Assembly: GCA_964016885.1 (NCBI GenBank)
Contig: OZ024742.1
Span: forward strand, 119,226,001-119,290,000
Reading direction: 5' to 3'
DNA: 64,000 bases
From: Eledone cirrhosa
Lineage: Eukaryota
In this document: one piece after another, positions 55,393 through 64,000 of the stretch
Layout of the letters: the number at the start of each line of letters is the position of its first letter
Numbering within the stretch: the first letter of the stretch is position 1
Notes under the pieces: model-generated
Database searches by the model: none
The model's input: only the letters and a program-made list of their open reading frames with translations
What the model was told of the DNA's origin: nothing
Position numbers and translations under genes: made by a program

Positions 55393-58300
55393 ATGGCCAA
55401 TATAAGAGTTGGGTGTGTGAATGAATGTACGTGGCCTGGGGATGCCCTGGAAACAGGGCAAACTCTTAAACAACCTCAGGTCGCACAGTATGGATGTAGT
55501 AGCCATTTGCGAGTCCAGGATCCACAGCGAGCGACAGCTGGCCCCCATCTTCGATGACTTTGAGATCTACGCATCTCTCTGTCAGCCGGGGGGTGGGGGA
55601 GGGGTTGCCATTTTGCTGCGTAGACACCTGGGCCTCGTAACACAGACGGTACATCTGAACCCGGAGGGTCGACTGGTGGTACTAGACGTTGACGGTAGTG
55701 AAGGTGGAGCCTTCAGGCTGGTGGCCGCATATGCCCCATCCGAGACACCGTGACCAGACTTCTTCAAACGTCTAGAGACTTTTCTGGGAACGTCCCGCTC
55801 CTTGCTTTTAGTGGGGGACTGGAATGGATTCCTAGATGCACGTTGGGACTATGTGGGAGCATGTCCCTATAAAGGGGGGTGTAACATCCTCAAACAGTTA
55901 AGCGGCCGATTTGACCTGGCCGATAGATATCGACTAGATTTTCCGACTGTGCCACTGTGGACGTGGACTAATCGTAGCGGAACATCTAGATCGTACCTAG
56001 ATAGGGTTCTAGTTAGAAATAAGGATAGGGACATGTTAAGCTGTCCACAAATATTCATGGTTGCCTATTCAGATCACAAACTAGTGACCTGCATGGTCAA
56101 CCTTGATAGAAACCATAGACAAGGACCCGGCTACTGGAAGCTGAACTTGTCGTTACCGACATGCAAAGCCTACAGTAGACGGATTAGCACTTTAGTTAAA
56201 CAGCACTTGACAGGGGTCATTTTCAACAACAGATGGTGGTACTCTCTCAAGAGGGCAGTTAGATTAGACTCATTAGTTTTTAGTAAAGAATTAGCGTTAG
56301 ATAGAAATAGAACTGAGAAAGAATTGGTAGATAAAGTAGAAAAGGCAATTAGAAGTGGCAACGTAGCCAGCATGCTAGCAACGAGAACGGCCTTGGACCA
56401 GTTCTTCGACGCAAAGCATGAGGGCTCCGTTGTCAGAAGCAAAATACGTGCTCAGGGAAACGAGGGAGCCAAAGCTGTTAGCTGGGCCCGAGTGACGGAG
56501 GCAAAAATTGGCAACAAGTCCACGATTCGGTCTTTGAAGGACCAAAACGGACGCGTGATACGTGAGCCGAAGCAGATGTGTGCGGCCTATCAGCGGCACT
56601 TTGCTCAGCTGTTCGGGCAGGGCGGCGCGCCGGGAGGGGCTATGGATTTCGGTCCATACCTCGACGGCCTACCGCAACTCTCGGACAGCAAGGCAACGTT
56701 CTGCGAAAAGCCGATTTCAGCCGCTGAGATAGGGGACGCGTTGAGCCAATGCGGCAAACGCAAATCTCCAGGTCTCGACGGTCTACCCTACGAATTTTAC
56801 GTAGCAATGCCGGACTTATTCTCCGGTCTCCTGGAAGCGGTCTAATGCAACTGGCAACAGAACGGGAGAATTCCTAGTTCTGTGACCGGGGGCGTAGTCA
56901 CACTAGTCAGGAAGGACGAGAATAAGGGGGATGACATAGGCAACTTCCGGCCCATAACTCTGCTAAACACAGAGTTACAGATTTTAGCCAAGGTGTTGGC
57001 AAAGAGGCTGGCGCTTGTCGTCGAGAACCTGGTGGGAGAAGCGCAGACATGCGCAATCCTGACCAGGTCCATACATGACAACCTCCACCTCATGCGACAC
57101 ATCATAGAGAGGGTAGGGTGTAAACCCGGCTTCGGTGGGGTCCTGATCAACTTGGATCAGTCTAAGGCTTTCGATAGGGTTGACCATCGTTACCTGGATT
57201 CGGTGCTCGAGGCGGCAGGCTTCGGACCCGTGTTCAGGGGCTGGATTGCTGCAATGCATAACAGCAACATCTGCTCAAGGGTTAAGGTGAACGGCTACTT
57301 CTCGGAGCCGTTCCATATCACGCGATCCATTCGACAGGGATGCCCTCTCTCCTCCCTTCTGTACGTATTGACTCTCGAGCCACTACTGCGGAAGTTGGAG
57401 CTATTGCAGGGCATCCCTCTGGAACCGGGACTGCGGAAAGCGGCGTCGGCCTACGCCAACGACTTGACAGTAATGGTGTCGAGCGCCTCGCAAATCGAGG
57501 AGGTCGGCACCTTACTGAAGGAATACGAAAGGTTCACAGGAGTGAAGCTGAACCGGGACAAGTCCATCGGTTAGCAACTCGGATCGTGGAGAGGCAAGCA
57601 GATGCCTTCCGATGGCGTCGTCGGACGCTGGACGGAAGGACCAGTAAAGCTGCTCGGGGTCTGGTTTGGTCCGGACCTCCAGGTGGAGAAGAACTGGAAC
57701 GAGGTGTCGGCCAAGGTGTTTGCACTCACCCAGAAGTGGGCCGAGTGCAAAATATCATTGAAAGGTCGAGCGGAGGTGGCGAACACTTTTATAGCGTCCG
57801 CCATCTACTACCGCTTGACCGTCGTGCCTTGTCCAGCCAAAACGCTCGCCAAAATGGAGCGCGCGCTCTTCCAATTCCTTTGGAAGAGGCGGGCTCCTTT
57901 GGTGAGAAGATCCATCTGCTGCCAACGCCCTTCCAACGGAGGGCTGGGGTTGCCGTGGCTGACGATGCGCAAACACGCACTCAGGCTGCGGCATCTCTAC
58001 GTATTCCTCACCGGACAACCGGTATGGGCCCCGTTCGTGAGGCGAGCCTACCCACGACTCGTCTCGCTGACCAAGCTGCAGTCCTGGGTCAAGCAAAGAC
58101 CGAGGAAAATGGGCGACTGGCACATCGAATGTGCTTAGGCGCTCACAGTGGACTCCGCTTCGTCATTCTATAGAGGGTTGATCCGCAGTAAGTGCGACGA
58201 CGTGCTCGCTGAAACTCTGGGCGTAGAGGAAGATGAACTGGCCAGTCTGTTCGGTAGGACCTTCCGCCAGGGACCGATGGACAACTTCCAAAAGTCCCTG

Positions 58301-58804
58301 GCCTGGCAGTGCTACCGAGGAGCTCTACCAGTTCGAGACAAGCTCTACAGACATGGGCGCCCGGGCAGGGACCCTGCAAAAAAGATCTGTCCGAGGTGCG
58401 TACGAGACGAAGAAACCGTCGCACACGCATTCATACACTGCCAGGGTGTCACCGACCTGTGGGGCTATGTGGAACGACTATTGTAGCGGGTGGGACCAAT
58501 CCAGTTGACCACCGAGTCCATTGTCATGATCAAACCGCTACCCTCCTTCAAAAAGGAAGGAGAGGCGGTTTTCCTTTGTGTGATAGCTATGGCGAAAGAG
58601 GTTGTATGGTGGACAAGGTTGAAAGGGCTGAGGTCAGACACCTTTCTCTCCGGCCAACAACTGTTTCTTTTTTTTAAATACCACTTCGGAAGAAGAATCA
58701 GGATGGAGAGAGAGGTGCTGTAGCCCAGCAAGTTTTATGAAAGGTGGGTGAAAGTGGCGAGAATGGCCCGAATGAATGGGCCTTCTCTCTATATCAGCCT
58801 GTAG
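55393..58804 (+). pseudogene. Copy B ORF2 (APE endonuclease, RT, zf-RVT), disrupted
   Basis: NVRGL, GDWN, SYLDR, SDH; KSPGLDGLP, FRPITLLN, DQSKAFDRV, RQGCPLS, YAND (YADD mutated); several stops. Confidence 0.92.
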
Positions 58805-59055
58805 GTTGAGGAAAAAGAGGAGGAGAGGAAAGGAGTACAAACTCTTCGTGCTCCTGGAGATGAGGGTTGCACATATTTTTTCGGGGGTATGTGTTACCCA
58901 TATGTAATGTCACCCCTATTGGGGAAAATCGATTAATTTTTAAATTGCATTTGTGATAATATTTTACACGTTTTTATTGTATGTAAACTTCCCCCTTTGT
59001 ATTTGTCCCCTTCTTTTGTGCCCCTGTGGCTAATAAAGAAACATATCTGTCTATC

Positions 59056-59915
59056 AACAAGTGCGACGACGCGCTCGGAGAAACTCTAGGCGTAGAGGAA
59101 GACGAACTGGCCAGTCTGTTCGGTAGGACCTTCTGCCCGGGACCGTTGGACAACTTCCAAAAGTCCCTGGTCTGGCAGTGCTACCGAGGAGCTCTACCAG
59201 TTCGAGACAAGCTCTACAGACATGGGTGCCCGGGCAGGGACCCTTCGAAAAAGATCTGTCCGAGATGCGTGCGAGACGAAGAAACCGTCGTGCACGCATT
59301 CGTACACTGCCCGGGCGTTACCGACCTGTGGGGCTATGTAGAACGACTATTGTCGCGTGTGGGACCAATCCGGTTGACCACTGAGTCCATTGTCATGATC
59401 AAACCGCTACCCTCCTTCAAAAACGAAGGAGAAGCGGTTTTCCTTTGTGTGATAGCTATGGCGAAAGAGCTTGTATAGTGGACGAGGTTGAAAGGGCTGA
59501 GGTCAGACACCTTTCTCTCCGGCCAACAACTGATTCTTTTTTTCAAATACCACTTTGGAAGAAGAATCAGGATGGAGAGAGAGAGAGGTACTGTACCCAA
59601 GCAAGTTTTATGAAAGGTGGATGAAAGTGGCGAGAATGGCCCGAGTGAATGGGTCTTCTCTCTATATCAGCCTGTAGGTTGAGGAAAAAGAGGAAGAGAG
59701 GAAAGGGGTACTCACTCTTCGTACTCCTGGAGATGAGGGTTGCACATTTTTTCGGGGGTATGTGTTACCCATATGTAATGTCTCCCCCTATTGGGGAAAA
59801 TCGATTAATTTTTAAATTGCATTTGTGATAGTATTTTACACGTTTTTATTGTATGTAAACTTCCCCATTTGTATTTGTCCCCTTCTTGTGTGCCCCTGTG
59901 GCTAATAAAGAAACA
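59056..59915 (+). mobile_element. Tx1 copy C, 5'-truncated
   Basis: zf-RVT region and 3' UTR are near-identical to B. Flanked by TATC units. Confidence 0.9.
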
Positions 59916-59926
59916 TATCTATCTAT

Positions 59927-62900
59927 TATCAACAACAACAACAATACAACAAAAGGAATCAGCGACAACACAACGAGTGAGACCATCATCACCACCACCA
60001 ACAAAATTTCATTTGCAGCAACCGTTGCTAAGCAACAGGATTTTAAATACTACCCCATGGACATTTTAGAAAAGTTCCAATATTTGGAAGAAGCTTCCAA
60101 CTATGTGACGTTTGAGGGAGACACCCCACACATACACATACCCCCACAAATAAGAGAGATGACGCAAAAAAACTGATCTACAGAACAGTTGACATTATTA
60201 CAAAAAAATTCATAACGCTCCCAACAGCACTATTGAAGCTGCACTAAAAGAAATCAAGCCAGACGTGGCATACCCACAAAGAGGTAAACAGTATGGAAGT
60301 GTGTCAGTGCTCTTTAAGAGCGAAACTCTGGCTCAAAAACACCCTGTTCACCCAATCAAAACGAGTCAAAACATCTTCCTCACATACATGGGAAGAAGAT
60401 CCTAAAAAATAAAAATAACAAGGATCCCAGCAGAGGTCAACATATGGTGGATCCTACGCTGCATCCTGAAGAAGGATGAGGACACCCTCCTATCTGTAGA
60501 CAGGACAGACCCGGAATAATTGGTTTGGAACCTGTATCGAGGTTCTGGTACAAATGAGGCCAGAGAGAGTTGAGAAAATCCCGGACAGGATCGTCCTTGA
60601 GGAAGATGTCATCTCCATTTTAGTGAAGGGGAAAAGACCTCAGTGCCATAAGTGTGGGAAAACCACACACTTAAAGGCCCTTTTAAACAAATCGAGGACA
60701 AACAAGGTGTTATTACCAACACCAAAACCCCAACATCAACACCCCAAACCAAACACAACACAAAAACTTGCAGCATCCACTCTCACACCACCCCAGACCA
60801 GAGACAGCCACACACCCAACATCCTAATGAAAATCCCTCTCTTGCCTCCTCCCTCCCTGTCAAATACTTCCATAAACACCTGCACAAACACTCCACCACA
60901 CAACATACCCCTCCCATCTACCCCTGATTCAGAAGTCTCAGACACGAGAACCTCTACATCTCCAAGTGAGGATGAAGGGGAACCCCAAAAATAAAAAAAA
61001 CAAAAACAAAAAGAGACAAAAAACCCCACAAAAACAAAAACATCTACAGAAAACAGGCACACACCCAACCCCACCATAAACATACCACCACAATCTACAA
61101 ACACACCAACAACACAATCACCATCAACACAACCAAACACTTCACCAACAAAACAAACACCCACACCACCACAATCACAAACCCCAACTACAAAAAGAAA
61201 ACTACAAACAGAAACAATACAAATAAAAAACAAAAGACATTACACATACATAAAAACAACAAAGAACTAGTAGAAACTGTCCGAAAGGACCCTACTATCC
61301 AAACGGAAGGGAAAACCTTCCCTACCAAAACCCACACCCAAATCTCAAACTGATCAGGGTAACAACCCTTCAACATGAACCATTGAAAGGGACCTTCCAC
61401 ATGATGTCCCCCCCCCCCCCTTGACCAAAACCCCTTAACCGTGTCCTGCTAAAAGGATTCCCTCTCTCCCCAAACACCCGCAATCTGGACATGGAAATCG
61501 AACAACTCGACCTCCAGGAAACTAAACGGTAAGTGTTCCTGCCTTTTCTCTCCCTAACTCTTCTTCACCAATATGGCGACTATAGAAGTTGGATGTTTGA
61601 ATGTACGTGGCCTAGGCATGCCCTGGAAACAGGGCCAGTTTTTAAATGACCTCAGGTCACATTGTATAGATGTGATAGCCATCACCGAGTCCAGGGTTCA
61701 CGACAAGCAGCAGCTAATCCCCATGTTCGATGATTTTGAGATCTACGCATCTCTCTGTCTGTCAGGAGGTGGAGGGGGAGTTGCTGTTCTATTTCGAAAA
61801 AACCTGGATTTCAAAGTACAGACGATTCACTTGGAACCCGAGGACTAGTGGACGTATATGCTCCGACTGGGACATCGCGACCAGACTTCTTCAAGTGTTT
61901 GGAGCCATTCCTGGGAACGTCTCGCTCCTTAGTGTTAGCGGGGGACTGGAATGGCATCTTAGACGCACGTTGGAACTACTTAGGAGCTTGTGATAATAGA
62001 GCGGAGTATAATAGCCTCAAAAATCTCATCAGCTAATTGCAACTGGCTGATAGATATCGACTAAACTTCTCAAGTGCACCACTGTGGACGTGGAGCAACC
62101 GCACTGGGTCTTCTAGATCGTATTTAGATAGATTTCTAATTAGATAGAATGATAAGGAACCATTAAGCTGTCCACAAATGCACATGGTTGCCTATTCAGG
62201 CCACAAATTAGTCACCTGCATAGTCAACCGTGATAGAACACACAGACAGGAACCCGGATACTGGAAGCTAAATATGTCGTTCCCGACGCGTAAGGCCTAC
62301 AGTCAACGGATTAGCACCTTAGTTAAGAGCCAGTTGACGGGGGCCATCGTCAAAAACAGTTGGTGGAGCTCTCTCAAGAGGGCAATTAGAATAGAATCGA
62401 TAGCATTTAGCAAGGAAGTAGCTTTAGAAAAAAACAAAACTGAAAAGGAACTGGTAGCTAAAGTAGAAGAAGCACTTAGGAATGACAGTACAGCTGACGT
62501 GCTAGTGGCGAGAACGGCACTAGACCAGTTCTTCAACGTGAAACACGAAGGTTGTATTGTCAGAAGTAGAACACGTGCTCTAAGAAACAAGGTAGCCAAA
62601 GCTGTTAGCTGGGCCCGAGTGGCAGAGGCGAAAAGTGGCAACAAATCCACGATTCAGTCTTTGCAAGACAAAGACGGACGCATTCTACTTGAATCCAAGC
62701 AGATGTGCACGGCCTTCCAGCAGCACTTTGCACAACTGTTTGGGCAAAATGGTACGTCAAGCGAGGTGATGGACTTCAGTTCCTACCTCGACGGCATACC
62801 ACAACTCTCGAGCACGGATGCAGAGAGCTGCGAATGGCCGATCACAGCGGGCGAAATAGAAGATGCCCTAGGCCGCTGCGGGAAACGCAAATCACCCGGT

Positions 62901-64000
62901 TTAGATGGTCTACCCTATGAGTTTTACATAGGCAGGCCAGACTTGTTCTCTGGCGTCTTCGAAACGGTCTACTGCAACTGGCAGCAGAACGGGAGGATTC
63001 CCAGTTCTGTAGGCAGAGGCGTAATAATGCTGATCAGGAAAGATGAGAACAAGGGGGATGAGATAAGCAATTTCAGGCCCATAACTCAACACAGAGTTAA
63101 AGATTTTGGCCAAGGTGTTAGCAACGAGGCTGGCGCTTGTCGTCGAGAGCCTGGTAGGGGAAGCGCAAACGTGTGCAACCCGACCAGGTCCATACACGGC
63201 AACCTTCACCTCATGCGATACATCATAGAGAGGGTAGGTGTAAACCTGACTTCGGTGGGGCTCTGATCAATTTAGATCAGTCTAAGGCATTTGATAGGGT
63301 CGACTATCAATACTTGGAAGCAGTTCTCAAGGCGGCCGGCTTCGGTCCCGTCTTCACAGGCTAGATCGCTGCCATGCACACCAGCATCCGCTCGGCAGTC
63401 AAGGTGAATGGTCACCTATCGAAACCATTCCAAATCATGCGTTCCATCCGACAGGGATGCCCTCTCTCCCCCATTCTGTATGTACTGACTCTCGAGCCAC
63501 TACTGCGGAAGTTGAAGCTGTTGCAGGGCATCCCAATCGAACCACGTAATGGTGTCGAAAACCTCGGACATCGGGGTAATCGGCAACCTATTACAGGAAT
63601 ACGAAACGTTGACAGGAGCAAGACTAAACCCAAACAAGTCTGTCGGTTTGCAACTCGGCACATGGAGAGGCAAACTCATGCCTTTCGACAGTGTCGTTGG
63701 ACGCTGGACGGAAGGACCGGTGAAATTGCTCTGGTTTGGTCCAGACCTCCAGGTGGACAAGAACTGGAACGAGGTCACGGTGAAGGTCTTTGCACTCACC
63801 CAGAAGTGCGCTGAGTGCAAACTCTCCTTGAAAGGTCGAGTGGAGTTGGCGACACTTACATAGCGTCCGTCATCTACTACCGCTTGACAGTCGTGCCTTG
63901 TCCCCGCGAATACCTCACTAAAATGGAACGCCTACTTTTCAAGTTCCCCTGGAAGAAACAGGCTACATTGGTGAGGAGATCCATCTGCTATCAATACCCT
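59927..64000 (+). mobile_element. Tx1 copy D (starts in ORF1; disrupted ORF2 from 61573), running off the window end
   Basis: CHKCGKTTHLKA knuckle, then MATIEVGCLNVRGL and RT motifs as in B. Confidence 0.92.

Larger units (their letters stand above)
53180..59043 (+). mobile_element. Tx1/L1-clade LINE copy B, apparently full-length but disabled
   Basis: 5' UTR, ORF1, ORF2, and a 3' UTR ending AATAAAGAAACA-TATC. Confidence 0.92.

Overview
This is AT-rich, microsatellite-saturated animal genomic DNA. Its SINE and repeat style suggests a cephalopod such as Octopus (inference). There is one 200-N assembly gap. Only one convincing host gene is visible: a single-exon ORF (15939-16298) encoding a small secreted EGF-like precursor with atypical cysteine spacing. 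The rest is mobile DNA: R4/Dong-clade RLE LINE fragments in (TAA)n and (TACA)n; a tandem array of four Tx1/L1-clade LINEs in (TATC)n (51.4-64 kb); RTE LINE fragments; tRNA-derived SINEs; a Helitron 3' end; a mariner remnant; a hAT MITE; and Penelope-like (GIY-YIG) fragments. The strongest signal is invisible to the ORF track. About 20 type I hammerhead-ribozyme motifs were found by eye, from many sequence-unrelated short elements sitting in or beside (TA)n runs. They often form head-to-head fold-backs. Several carry a compensatory U3-A8 core, one is joined to a Penelope GIY-YIG ORF, and one related copy folds back exactly at the predicted self-cleavage site. All calls come from manual reading; no searches or folding programs were run.
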